Assembly: GCA_951406725.2 (NCBI GenBank)
Contig: OX597827.1
Span: forward strand, 27,342,001-27,406,000
Origin: Octopus vulgaris
Lineage: Eukaryota
Direction: 5' to 3'
DNA: 64,000 bases
The notes below the pieces were generated by a model. That model was not told the origin of the DNA. It ran no database searches and worked only from the letters and a program-made list of their open reading frames with translations. Of the stretch, positions 41,682-56,067 are shown piece after piece (position 1 is the first letter of the stretch; every line of letters starts with the position of its first letter). Position numbers and translations under genes: made by a program.

Positions 41682-41895
41682 GTATGTATGTATTTGTGTG
41701 TCTGTGCTTGTCCCCCCACCATCGCATGACAGCCGACGTTGGTGTGCTAACGCACCAGTCACTTAGCAGTTCGGCAAGACACCGATAAAATAAGTACTAG
41801 GCTTACAAAGAATAGGTGCTGAGGTCGACTTGTTCGACTAAAAGCCGTGCTCCAGCATGGCCGGAGTCAAAATTACTGAAACAAGCAAAAGAATA
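41429..41895 (+). mobile_element. Full-length SINE family B (tRNA head, internal microsatellite, tail) with a quadruplicated head
   Basis: ggcgtggctgtgtggtaagaagcttgcttccc...ccgggttcagtcccactgcg...ccgaccaaagccttgtgagtggatttggtagac...tccagcatggcc...actgaaacaag. Confidence 0.9.
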
Positions 41896-42336
41896 ATCAA
41901 GCAAACAAACAGCAAGATGTTGCCGAACCAGAGTTGAAGAATTTGGTTGGAATCATTTTACAGGATTTCTTTTCTTCGCTAATGATAATAGTATTGAGAC
42001 TGCTAGTCCTCGGTACCATACTGCTCCGTGGCTTTCATTAGCGTGACCAGATTTCAATCAGTGAGCCAGGTTGTCCAAAACACGATGTATAATGTTATGT
42101 TATGGTTAAAACACTTGACGCGTAATCACAGGGATGTAAGTTCGAGTCTCATGGCTGGCCGGTAACGTTTTTTTCTGCAATATATGGATAATTTATCCTG
42201 TTCATGTTATTGTATTAGCATTATCATGCATTTGAGAATAAATTATTTCTGTATCTTTATGTTATAATGTATTATTGTACGATTTAAATCGCCAACGCTG
42301 TGTGTGACGACGAATGTAAATAATTCTGTGTACTTA

Positions 42337-42655
42337 CCAGCAATGGGCTTCGGAACATTTTCAGCTTTGCCCCATTGGCCTGTGGCACAAAAGTATTCGA
42401 GCCCTTAGAAATTGGCATTCCGTCTACTACTACGACGAGGGTTCCAGTTTTTTCCGATCAACGGAACAGCCTGGTCATGAAAATAACGTGTAAGTGGCTG
42501 AGTACTCCACAGACACGCGTACCCTTAACCTATTTTTACCATCTGAGCGTACTTGAGTAAAGTGACATAAAGTGTCTTGCTCAAGTACTCAAAGCGTCGG
42601 CGGGAATCGAACTCACGACCTTACGATCATGAGCCAAATTTCCTAACCACTAAGA
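42337..42655 (-). mobile_element. SINE family D, reverse copy
   Basis: gggaatcgaactcacgaccttacgatcatgagcc...cctaaccactaag is a tRNA head on the minus strand. Closely similar to 45284-45600. Confidence 0.8.
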
Positions 42656-42669
42656 CTATAAGCAGAAGA

Positions 42670-42843
42670 CCTGACATTTGAGTGGGGGGGGGGGGGGGTC
42701 AATTACATCGACCCTAGTGCTTGAACCTGAAAGGATGAAGGGCAAAGTCGACCTCATAGAATCTGAACTCAGAACAGAAAGTCGGAAGAAATGCTGCTAA
42801 GCATTTGGTCCGGCGCAGTAATGACTCTGCCAGCTCACCGCCT
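42670..42843 (-). mobile_element. SINE family A copy
   Basis: aaggatgaagggcaaagtcgacctc...tgaactcagaac...ctgccagctcaccgcct. Confidence 0.8.
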
Positions 42844-42919
42844 GAAACGAATGTAAATGACGCAATAAAGAATGCCGCCAACCCTTATGTACATATTCGT
42901 GGGGAGAAAAGAAAGAGAG

Positions 42920-43320
42920 AACACTTGTACACACGTTTCAGTTCTTACTGGACACATCATCAGCAGCCGTGCGCTTTGTTGCTGGTCATTAAGAAAATGA
43001 AATGATATGACGAACTTGGGACGAAAAAGGTAGCGGGCCATAATCTTTGGGAGAGCTTGTGAGAGCTGTGGATAGGGAGAACAAGGTAGACTTTGAAGTA
43101 GGCATGGGAAATCTTCAGTGAGATATTACGGGCTGAACTACAACAGGTGGACTGAACTGCTAACATATTTCAAGCTCCCTTTTCTTTTCCTTGGCGTGCC
43201 AGTCTGTGAGTTTGAAGTTTATTCATAACTGATCGAGATTCATAGGTGATTCTAAGACTGGCACTTTGATCCAAATTATTACAACAGTGTGGACGACACC
43301 TAAAGCATCTAAGGGTCAGG
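42920..43320 (-). mobile_element. Degenerate Penelope-like element 3' end ending in a hammerhead motif (42924-42967)
   Basis: The minus strand gives a Cys-rich stretch (RCFRCRPHCC), then YFKVY...RL..FF, then gcug CUGAUGA ...gaacu GAAA cgugug UA caag. The order fits a PLE linker, endonuclease C-terminus and ribozyme, but the protein similarity is weak. Confidence 0.4.
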
Positions 43321-43489
43321 TAGTGGTTTTAGATTGAGATAAAGATTAAGTCTACGGCTCACTTGATGCTTTTTCTGCTCTTGAAATATAATGTGGGATA
43401 TGTATTCTTATGTTTGCGAAACTATGAACGTGTGTGTGTTTGTGATGGCATCGTATAAGAGAGATTAATATTTTTAGAGGAAGAAAAAT

Positions 43490-43680
43490 GTTGAGCTGGC
43501 AGAATCCTTAGCACGCCGGGTGAAATGCTTAGCGGTATTCCGTCTGTCTTTAAGCTCTGAGTTCAAATGCACCGAGTTCGACTTTGCCTTCCACCCTTTT
43601 GGGATAGATAAAACAAGTGCGAGTTGAGCAGTGGGGACGATATAATGGACTTAAATCCACCCCCTGGAACTTTCTGGCCT
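43490..43680 (+). mobile_element. SINE family A copy
   Basis: gagctggcagaatccttagcacgccgggtgaaatgcttagcgg...gagttcaaat. Confidence 0.8.
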
Positions 43681-43844
43681 CAGGGGACAACTCTCTCCAG
43701 GATTTTCAACTAATATTTAAATTGAAACCGAAGAGTCTCTCTGACACGCCATCATGAAAAGGAATGATGCCCTGTGCTTTGTACCACAGGTAATTGAATA
43801 GCATTATAGATATTTCAAACGACGACATGCATTTTACACGTGGT

Positions 43845-43917
<73 letters not shown>

Positions 43918-43974
43918 AATGTATTGTGATTTCTGTATGGTAACCCTGAAGGCATAACAACAGCAATAATAATA

Positions 43975-44006
<32 letters not shown>

Positions 44007-44014
44007 AATCATCA

Positions 44015-44057
<43 letters not shown>

Positions 44058-44058
44058 G

Positions 44059-44126
<68 letters not shown>

Positions 44127-44541
44127 CATTGTTATTATTATTATATCAGGTCTTCGATCTGATATAGACCCGAATAACACTCAACCTAATTAGTTATATT
44201 GGTATCAGTTATATTTTATTGATCTGGGAAGGATGAAAGGCGAAGTGGTTGACCTTTGCGGGAGCTGAAATCAGAAGGTAAACAGTCGCTAGACACACAC
44301 GCACACGCACACGCACACACACGCATACGTGCATGTCCGTGTATTTGTGTGAGTGTGTGTATGCGCGTATGGATGTATGTATATCTCTATAAGAATATAT
44401 GTATAAGTGCTATATATATATATATATGTATGCATGTATGTATATATATAATTTTAATACAAGATGTAATGAACAAGCTTTAATCCAAATTACTACAACT
44501 GTTTCTGTGCATTATTACATAAACACATATAGATAGAGAAC

Positions 44542-44613
<72 letters not shown>

Positions 44614-44717
44614 AGCAAAAAGATCGCAAAAACTGTTACTCGGAGTTTCACGTTCCCGTTCGACCTCTTGTATTCAAGTACTATTTCCACCTTGTTTCGC
44701 ATTTATGTGCTTACGCT

Positions 44718-44770
<53 letters not shown>

Positions 44771-44810
44771 GCATACATACATATATATATATATATATAT
44801 ACATATATAC

Positions 44811-44881
<71 letters not shown>

Positions 44882-45283
44882 TGCACATTTGTATGAATGC
44901 ATATATATATAAATTTATATATATAAATTTTGAAGCCATTATTATTATTATTATTATTATCATTATTATTATTATCATTATTATTATTATTCGTCCGAGG
45001 TTGACTTTGTCTTTCAATATTTCGGGAACGGTAAAATAAGTATCAGTTAAACAATAGGGTCAATGTAATCGACACATCCCCACCCCGCCAAACTGATACC
45101 CTCATGGAAAAATCTGAAACCATCATCATCATCATCATCATCATCATCATTATCATTATTAGTATTATTATTATTATTATTATTGTTATTATTATTGTCG
45201 TCATTGTTGTTGATGATGATGTCATTGATGTAGATCAACGTGTTTTGAGACTGATCTTCTAAAACCTTATTTTTCTTTTCTTT

Positions 45284-45600
45284 TACCAGCAATGGGCTTC
45301 GGAACATTTTGCAACATGCCCCATGGCACAAAAGTATTTGAACCTTCAGAAACTGGCACTCCTTCGGCTACGATGACGAGGGTTCCAGTTTATCTGATCA
45401 ACCGAACAACCTGCTCATAAAATAAACACGCACGTAGCCGAGTACTCCACAGACACGCGTACCCTTAACCTATTTTGTACCACCTGAGTGTACTTGAGCG
45501 ACATAAAGTAAAGTGTCTCTTTCAAGGAATCAAAGCATCGCCATGAATCGAACTCACAACCTTACGATCATGAGCTGAATTCCCTAACCACTAAGCCCCG
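45284..45600 (-). mobile_element. SINE family D, reverse copy
   Basis: Colinear with 42337-42655 from ttaccagcaatgggcttcggaacattt to cctaaccactaag. Confidence 0.8.
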
Positions 45601-45899
45601 TTCCCATAAACATTATGAGTGTGCGCACATTTTATGGAAAGATCGACTTCGTCTCATTTATTAGTGGTTTAATATGGTCACCTCTATGGTAGCGGGAGGA
45701 GACAATAGCCACAAAGACGGTCGTCTTCGAATGATACCTCGAAAATGTTTGAAAGTGTGGAGACGCCTTTACAAAACTATAGCGAAAAAGAAAATGACAA
45801 TGAAACGGTCACTATTTGACAAGAGATCACATGAACCTATGTTGCATCTCTACCAGCGACAACAGAAACTCTGCCTTCGCTAGATTTGCAAGCCAAATG

Positions 45900-46486
45900 G
45901 ATGTACTGAACATCGGTCAAGCAGTTTGACGCAAAGGAATAGCTCAAAGAAAATCTGTCACAAAAGGAGTTCCTCTTTATCTGTGGAATTTATTCAGGAA
46001 AGGGTGAGGCGAAAGCTGACACACTTATGTTTTTCTTAAAACAGAGAAGTTTTCATATGCTCCTTAAAGAGCAACCTGGCCAGTAGATGGAAGGTTGTAT
46101 ACGTCATTTACCATGATGGCATATGGAAGCGTGTGTTTGGTTTTCAGGCGCGAAGATTAGGTGGGGAGACAGAGTTTCATAGCCTTCACCTGATCGTTCC
46201 AATGCTATTGGTTGGCACTAATGCCCATAGTCTCTAACCATCCTGGTGCCAGAAGAGGAGGATCCTCACTTTTTCGGTTATCGGTGGAAACTGGAAATTC
46301 TCGTGGCACTTATGATGAGAGAACTTTGTTTTCTTCTGCTGCGGATATGCCGTAAGCGGTGATCGAAATATCTGGACTTTATGATATTTTGAAAGGATAA
46401 ACCATTATATTTACTGAAATGTTGATTCCAAAAGAAGGCGATCGCATGCGATCATTGAAGCGGTGATGTAGAGGACAAATACTAGG
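45900..46486 (+). pseudogene. Highly degenerate Tc1-like transposase remnant
   Basis: 46418-46485 reads NVDSKRRRSHAIIEA..., then ..Y* after a frameshift, resembling the Tc1 C-terminal motif LVDSM.RR..AVI.A.G..TKY*. The 5' boundary is uncertain. Confidence 0.35.
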
Positions 46487-46822
46487 TCACCTTTGATGGT
46501 AGATGATTATTAAAATCACGATAGTTAGCTTCATCCAGCCGAGGAATCACGGATGTAAAGGACATGGGGTCATTTACGGATCAGCTAAGACCAAATATGC
46601 TCAAAACAAACAGCTTCTTGAAAGTAACCGGAGGTGAGAATAACCAAAGTCGTGGGCCGTCTTTATTCTATCTAGGTGGCATTTTCGCACCCCTGTAGGG
46701 GTGGGTTGGTCTGATTTGTATTTGTTCTGTAATATATTGTTATATGTCTTTGCCCCACCCCGTTTATAACATATATATGCGCGTGTGTGTGCGTATATGT
46801 GTGCGCGTGCGTGTGTGTGTGC

Positions 46823-46865
<43 letters not shown>

Positions 46866-46901
46866 ACTCCTTATTTTGTAACACTTGTGCGGCATGTTTT
46901 G

Positions 46902-46982
<81 letters not shown>

Positions 46983-46993
46983 ATATGTATATA

Positions 46994-47035
<42 letters not shown>

Positions 47036-48145
47036 ATATATGTATATATATATGGGTCTTTGTATGACCCAACGGAGAGACGAATTAAACGCCTTCACAA
47101 TACAGAGTTCAATTCATGTAAGGATCGGGTTAGATTTTTGGATTTTTCGTGTTAGAATAAATTATTTACCAGACAAAAACTGGGTCTATCTAAAAGGAAC
47201 AACTCTACACGCACAGACACACGGATATGGACACACACACACACACACACACACACGAAGAAATTTTAGACTTGTGTGCTAAAGTCAGAAAGTGTTATTA
47301 TTGTAAATTTTATTGTAATTATCTGGATTTTTGTTTTGATTTATTTATCGTACTTTTTTGTAATTGTCAATGTTTCCCTTCCGGAATTTTGTAATAAAAT
47401 AAATATGCATACTTTTTTTCTTAAATTTTCTTGCAATTTATAATGTTCTGTTGCGATTTCTAAAGGACACCACCTGGAACAAATAAATTTATGCTGCTGC
47501 AAATTATAAATGCAATCCCATGCACTATCATATAGCTCCAGCGTGGTCTTGGCCATAAGGAGTAAAACTAAACTAAAGAATTTAAGAACTTATTTTTCCC
47601 TGTGGAGCCATACTTGGTTAATTAATTAATTAATTAATTATTTTTATTTTTAATTATATTTCTAAACGGAAGGAAAATTCTTTGCAAAATCAAGCTTCCA
47701 ATTTTGAATTGTAATATTTATTATATTTGAAGTTAATTTTATCAGTTTTTACAAATATTTTTTCAGTATTTTGAAACTGAATTATGGTTTTAGGGTTTGT
47801 GGTGGTAGTGTTTTGATGGGTGTATGGTAAGGTGAGAGTGCTACGGATAAGGAGACGATTTGCATGTAGCCAAGACTCACTCGTGTTAAACACATACTCA
47901 AAGTGGGTGTGTGTGTTTGTGACAAAATAAAAACTATAAAAAAAATGTTAAAAATAAACTAAAGATGTTAAAACCACCGCAACCACCACCAACCACCACA
48001 CATATAACTATACATAACCACACATAGACAGCCACAAACACACACACTCATACAAACACAAAATTTCTTCCATGGCATTACAATGTTAAAAACATATGAT
48101 ATTTTAACGAATAAAAAGTCAAATGACTGATGACTTATTTGGCCA

Positions 48146-48492
48146 AATGTTTGAGTGAATGTTTGAATGAATGTTTGAGTGAATGTTTGAGTGAATGTTT
48201 GAGTGAATGTTTGAGTGAATGTTTGAGTGAATGTTTGAGTGAATGTTTGAGTGAATGTTTGTGTGAATGTTTGAGTGAATGTTTGAGTGAATGTTTGAGT
48301 GAATGTTTGAGTGAATGTTTGAGTGAATGTTTGAGTGAATGTTTGTGTGAATGTTTGAGTGAATGTTTGAGTGAATGTTTGAGTGAATGTTTGAGTGAAT
48401 GTTTGAGTGAATGTTTGTGTGAATGTTTGAGTGAATGTTTGTGTGAATGTTTGAGTGAATGTTTGAGTGATTGTTTGATAAAATGTTTGAAT
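48146..48492. repeat. 12-bp minisatellite (GAATGTTTGAGT)n, about 29 units
   Basis: Seen directly, with occasional GAATGTTTGTGT variant units. Confidence 0.95.
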
Positions 48493-48701
48493 AGAAAACT
48501 TAAGATTTTTCTAGAATTTAAAACTCTTTTATTTATTTTTATTTTGCTTTCTTAAAAGAAATTTTAAAACAAAACTGTTATAAAAAATTTTTAGTGTGGT
48601 AATAAAAGCAGACAAATACGAACATTTGTTTTTGTGAGTGTATGTCCATGTTTATATAATAGGGCATTTTTATACGTATACATATATATATATATATATA
48701 C

Positions 48702-48819
<118 letters not shown>

Positions 48820-49462
48820 GTATATCAATTAAATTTGAAATGGATTGATATAAGAAAAATGCTTCGCAAAGAAATGTTTTTAAAATTAAAATTTTGTTAA
48901 TTATTAAGATCCTTTCTTGAAAGTTGGTCTACTCATATCTGATGTAAGAAAGAAGTTGCATGTGTGTGTGACTGAGCTATCACTGTCTTCAGTTTTTTAA
49001 AGACACTTTAAACCAAGTGCATTTGTGAAGCTAAACACAGTGAAAGCATTCACACAGAAAATATCGTCCCTCAATTCTATGTTAACCTACATTATTTAAA
49101 GGAATATTTTTGTATAATTAATAATTTGTAATTAAAAAAATATTCTTTGAAATATACACATACGTACAAACATATATACATACACACACATTTATATATA
49201 TATATATAAATATATATACATACATATATATATTGTTTGTTTTTATGTTCACTTACGATAAAAACGATTTTGCACTAATCTGATGGGTTACTCTATAGTT
49301 TTGTAGAGTTAAAATTTATTATTCTTCAGCAAGAATATTATTGACAGTGACTTCGAAGTTTCGGCCTGTTAAGCCATTGCCTATGTGTACGTGTTATATC
49401 ATGTGTATATTATGTGTATATTAATTGTTTTACTATATTCATAAATTTTACATTTCTATACA

Positions 49463-49505
<43 letters not shown>

Positions 49506-49561
49506 GTGTGTATATTTCTTGTATGTATGTATGTATGTATGTATGTATGTATGTATGTATG

Positions 49562-49627
<66 letters not shown>

Positions 49628-49737
49628 AAGTAAAAATAACCTGCAGTCCTTTTACTTATGCGAGGAAAACCAAAGACAGAGCAACACGAGATATTATGAA
49701 ATAAAACAAACTTGATAAATGCTTTATTTCTTTACTT

Positions 49738-50395
<658 letters not shown>

Positions 50396-50624
50396 ATAAT
50401 TCCTTATCTCTTGAATATAGAACTGTATTCTTTATTTGTGTTTTTGTGTTGTGTTGGGAGACGTGGCAGGTTATTTCACTTTTATCTTTTCTATTTCTCT
50501 TACTTCGCTCGCTATTTTTGTTCTCCCTCTTATCTCGAAACCTATCTCTCTCACACATACACACACTCTGAACACACATACACACATATGTATAATTGAA
50601 ACATAACGAAAAGTGATGTATGTA

Positions 50625-50661
<37 letters not shown>

Positions 50662-50800
50662 GTGCACACGCACAAACGTATATATACATATACATATATA
50701 TATAGGGGAGAATTCACAAAAAACAAAGGACAAAGACAGGTGGTGTAGACAACAAACAGATGTATTAGTATATGTATATTAGTATACATACATACATACA

Positions 50801-50862
<62 letters not shown>

Positions 50863-50966
50863 TGTATATATATATATATATATATATCTGTATATATATA
50901 TATATGTATCTGTATATATATACATATGTATACACAAAGATATAAATTCATATATATACATATATT

Positions 50967-51035
<69 letters not shown>

Positions 51036-51590
51036 TATATATATATATATATATAGATACACACACATATAATAAACACGAATGAAAAATTCTCGATACA
51101 GTTAAATTAGTTGTAATACCTTTGGACAAATTGATATTCAAATACAAGATGTTCTCTTTAGATGTATTAAATATTTTTACTGTAAATTCGAACCTGTTTA
51201 CCAGCAGGTAATGAATGGCAATCGGAAGCTTAAGGGCAATTGGAAGCTTAAACGTTATAGTGACCAATGGAGACTGATGGGTAGATACAGTAACTTTCAC
51301 CTCTTTATTAATCTATCTAGCTGATCCTATTGACAGTATCGAATTATTTGCTTGTATTGGTCAGTGTTAATGCTTAAGAGCTTTTATTTTGTACGAATAA
51401 CCCTGAGGGAAGAAACCAGTTGGATATTAATGTAAGCGTATTTTATACATCTAAAATAAACGTATCTGATATTCGTCTTTTAATTTATCTAAAGGGGTTA
51501 CCACAATTGTTTTAACTTTATTGTACATTAACATCCATTTCTATATACATACACACATAAATATATATGATATGTATGTCTCTCTCTCTC

Positions 51591-51667
<77 letters not shown>

Positions 51668-51789
51668 GTATATATATACCTCGCTCATGTATGGACATGG
51701 AAATACCACCAGCTGTTACTCAAACACGTAAGATGTTTTTCGTACATTGAGCAGTAATAATAAAAGTAATAATAATAATACTAATTATA

Positions 51790-51910
<121 letters not shown>

Positions 51911-52428
51911 GCATTCACTGATAAGAGCACACAGGTCTTAACATACCTACATACATATTTACGTGTTCAGAAAGCGAACTAAAAATAATTATCAACGAAT
52001 TAAATTTTAAATTTGGATGAAAAGGGCTATTTTCAATCCCTTCCTCCTCTCTCCTCCTCTCCTCCTCCTCCTCCTTCTTCTTCTTTCTCTTCTTTTCTTT
52101 CTTTCTTTTAACCTTTTCTCCTTATGAAATGAAAAAAATTAGATGAAAATTTCTCTCCCATTAATTCAGACCAATAAAATAACAATAAAGACAATATCAA
52201 TTAAAAGAAAAAAAAATGAGAAAAGAAAAATCAAATTAAAAATTCAATCAATAAAGGAAAAAAGACACAAAACCAAAAGAGTCTTCGGAATTTCCTTGGT
52301 TTGATCTCGCATTCTTTGTTGTTAAATATGATGTCATGTGCACGCGCGAGAACGAAGCGACGTAAAATGGAGTGTATCCTGCTTGGATATGGACTCTGAT
52401 ATACAGCATATATATACATACATGCATA

Positions 52429-52523
<95 letters not shown>

Positions 52524-52538
52524 GTATATATACATATG

Positions 52539-52589
<51 letters not shown>

Positions 52590-52608
52590 GTATATATAAA
52601 TATATATG

Positions 52609-52640
<32 letters not shown>

Positions 52641-53259
52641 TATATATACATAGATTTATTTACACGCACGTGTAACTGTAAATATAACTGTAAATATCTG
52701 TGTATATCTACCTATTTATCTCTAATCATTTGTATACATACATAATACATACATATTTATATGTATATATATATATGTACATATATATGTACTTATATAT
52801 CTATATATGTACTTATATATGTATATATGTATATATGTATATATATATGTATGTATGTATTTTTATGTACACAAAGTATTCATATACGTATATATATACA
52901 TATAATATATATCCACAGAGATATATGCATAAATATATACTTGTATAGTACATATACGTGTATATGTACGTTTGTATATATTTTTGATTTTTCTTCTGGT
53001 TTGGTTTGACGCTCCATCTATTAATCTTGCTCCAATTTTGTGGCAGTGCGACATAGATCGCAAACAATTAAGCAAACCAATTAACTTTTGGTCCTTTAAC
53101 CGATTATTCTATCCCCTCTGTAAGTGTATATATTTATATTTTACGCCACTAAATATACCTATGTAAAATTCTCTTCTGTGTTGTTGTCTTCGTTGATTTA
53201 TTCTATAAATCTTGTACATTGATTCTGCTTTCATTTTTTTTTCTCAGCACCAGTGCCAT

Positions 53260-54305
53260 TCTTATTTCTTTATTGCCCACAAGAGGCTAAACACAGAGGG
53301 GACAAACAAGGACAGACAAACGCATTCATTCGATTACATCGACCCCAGTGCGTAACTGGTACTTAATTTATCGACCCCGAAAGGATGAAAGGCAAAGTCG
53401 ATCTCGGTGGAATTTGAACTCAGAACGTAACGGCAGACGAAATGCCGCTAAGCATTTCGCCCGACGTGCAAACGATTCTACCAGCTCACCGCCTTACTTT
53501 CTTTATTGCCCACAAGGGGCTAAACACAGAGGGGACAAACAAGAACAGACAAAGGGATTAAATCAATTACATCGACGTTAGTGCGTAACTGGTACTTAAT
53601 TTATCGACCCCGAAAGGATGAAAGGCAAAGTCGACCTCGGCGGTATTTGAACTCAGAATGTAATGGAGGACGAAATACTAACGTTTCTGCCAGCTCGCCG
53701 CCTTCTACAATGCCATTCTACAGAAACAAAACCCTTGTTAACAAGATGGCTACGATATATTCGGTGCTTTTATGAACAGATTGTTAACTTCAGACAAACG
53801 AACATATCACTATTCTCTTCGTTAACTGTGCCTCTGCAACGAAATGCTATTGTAACATTATACTGTGCAACAAAGAAAGTGAATTAATTATTTATACTAT
53901 ATGCGCATGGCCTGAAATTGGAGAGGCGAGGGCTAATTGATTATATCTACCCTTGTGGTCAACTGGTACTTATTTCATTGAAATAATGAAAGGCAAGGTC
54001 GACCTTTGCTGAATTTGAACTCAGAACGTAAAGCCGGAAGATATGCTGCTAAAAACTTTGTACGGCGTGGCTATCAGCCCTGCTATCTCTCCGCTCAAAA
54101 AAAAACAGAAATAATCTTTATTACTATAGGCACAAGACCTGAAATTTTCGGTTGGGGGCGGAGAGTTCTAGTTGATTACATCGACAACGAAAAGATGAAA
54201 GGCAAAGTCGACCTCAACGGAATTTGAAATCAGAACATAAAGACCGACGGAATACCGCTAAGTGTTTTATCTGGTGTGGTAACGATTATTGCAGTTCGTT
54301 GCTTT
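53260..54305 (-). mobile_element. Cluster of 4 family A SINEs, minus orientation (first two a tandem dimer)
   Basis: Repeated gtgcgtaactggtacttaatttatcgaccccgaaaggatgaaaggcaaagtcga and gaatttgaactcagaa. Confidence 0.85.
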
Positions 54306-54393
54306 AAAGAAAGAGAAACAATAAAATACGAAGAAAAGCTCATAAGATGTAAGCTGTTAGCTATATTAAAGCTATAAAGGAAATAATATTTTT

Positions 54394-54640
54394 TGCCAGT
54401 TTAATGTGGCAGTCCCAGGAAACGGAAGAATGCTATTTAGCCCCAGAAAACACCGTTTCCAATTGGCCATGTGACACAAGCGTACTGTGTCCTTATGTCT
54501 TCAAATGGGGAAGATAAGCACCTCTACCTAGCAAACATAAGGACACAGAACGCTTGTGTCACATGGCCCAACTGGTGTTACCTAGGGCTAAATAACAGTA
54601 GCGTTCTTCCCTTTCCTGGGACTGCCACATTAAGTTGGCA
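54394..54640. mobile_element. MITE-like foldback element with arms of about 105 bp
   Basis: tgccagtttaatgtggcagtcccaggaaa...gccatgtgacacaagcgtactgtgtccttatgt (54394-54498) pairs with acataaggacacagaacgcttgtgtcacatggc...tttcctgggactgccacattaagttggca (54535-54640). Confidence 0.85.
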
Positions 54641-55102
54641 TCAAACCATCACTCTATCGTGCTGCTAGTGTATAGGTCTATCTGAGAGATTTAGAAATGC
54701 AATATTTCTAATTTTGGAAATAAGATTATTTTTGATGAAACAATTATGATAGAGATGAGAATGAAAAATGCATTCCTAACGTTTTGCTGTGGTTTGAACC
54801 ATTATCTTCGCTTCTTTCTCATTCCAAGATGAGTAAATAACTTTGAAAATATAAAGTGTTGATTGCATTAATAAGAGAAACCGGTAGGTTAGGGAATTAA
54901 TTGAGCTGAATCAGCCGGAAGTGGAATATACATTGAAAATATAAATTTCCGGTGATTTTCTATCCACAAAAACCGTCACCATGATTGTCATCATCGTCAT
55001 ACATTTGAAATGAACCCCAATGTAATCGGTGGAACTAAGCACGTGTCTGTTTTTATACGGAAAACTGGTGGTTAGTTTTACAAATTATATTGCTTGTGGA
55101 AC

Positions 55103-55182
55103 GATCATACTGACGAGTCCTACGGACGAAGGATTACGTAAGTTTTTTATTCGTTAATAGGCGAAACCGCCGGTCTGCGATT
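55103..55182 (+). ncRNA. Type I hammerhead ribozyme with extended stem II
   Basis: gaucaua CUGACGA g-u-ccua..gacgaa...uucguu..uagg-c GAAA ccg-c-cgg UC ugcgauu. The core is intact, with predicted cleavage after C55175; stem I has one mismatch and two GU pairs. Confidence 0.75.
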
Positions 55183-55583
55183 AATTCTTGTTTTTTATAT
55201 AATTTTCATCTGTCTTGCCCGCAAATTGTTCTGGTGTCCGCTGAATTTTTCTCTAGAGAACATTCTTTTCTTTGTAGTTTGATCGTAAGTGATCTACTTT
55301 TAGCATATGGCTGACTACATAGTGGTTTTTAGCCGTTTAAATATACACATGTATTAGAATTTTCTCTGATTCTTCAGATTTTTGTATGCTAGGCTACCGG
55401 TTTTAAATTGATATTAATTAAATTAATATTCAATTTATCTCCCTCATTATTTAAATATATATATATATATACATGAACTCTTCCTATATATATAGGGAGA
55501 GTTCACGAAAAAACAAAAGACGAAGACAGGTGGTGTACAAATCAAACAAATGTATTAGTATAATGCTCAGGAATAGAAAAAGT

Positions 55584-55619
55584 CTTTTACGTTTCGAGCC
55601 TACGATCATCTACAGAAAG
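55584..55619 (-). ncRNA. Minimal hammerhead-like motif with variant core CUGUAGA
   Basis: Minus strand: cuuu CUGUAGA u-gauc-guag-gcuc GAAA cg UA aaag. It lies in a repeat (about 55493-55680) whose end recurs at about 50703-50770. Confidence 0.5.
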
Positions 55620-55690
55620 GGACCCAGAAAAAACAAGGAGACAAAAAAATGTGTGCAGTGGCTAACGATCTATCATGGCGACTATATATA

Positions 55691-56005
<315 letters not shown>

Positions 56006-56020
56006 TATATATGTACATGT

Positions 56021-56067
<47 letters not shown>

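Noticed and set aside
48130-48555. (LSEC)n protein ORF or a CRISPR-like array
   Set aside because: A pure 12-bp tandem repeat with no spacers, in a eukaryotic context, with an in-frame ATG but no other coding evidence.
53348-53775. Twin ORFs MRNWYLIYRPRKDERQSR
   Set aside because: Antisense translation of tandem family A SINEs.
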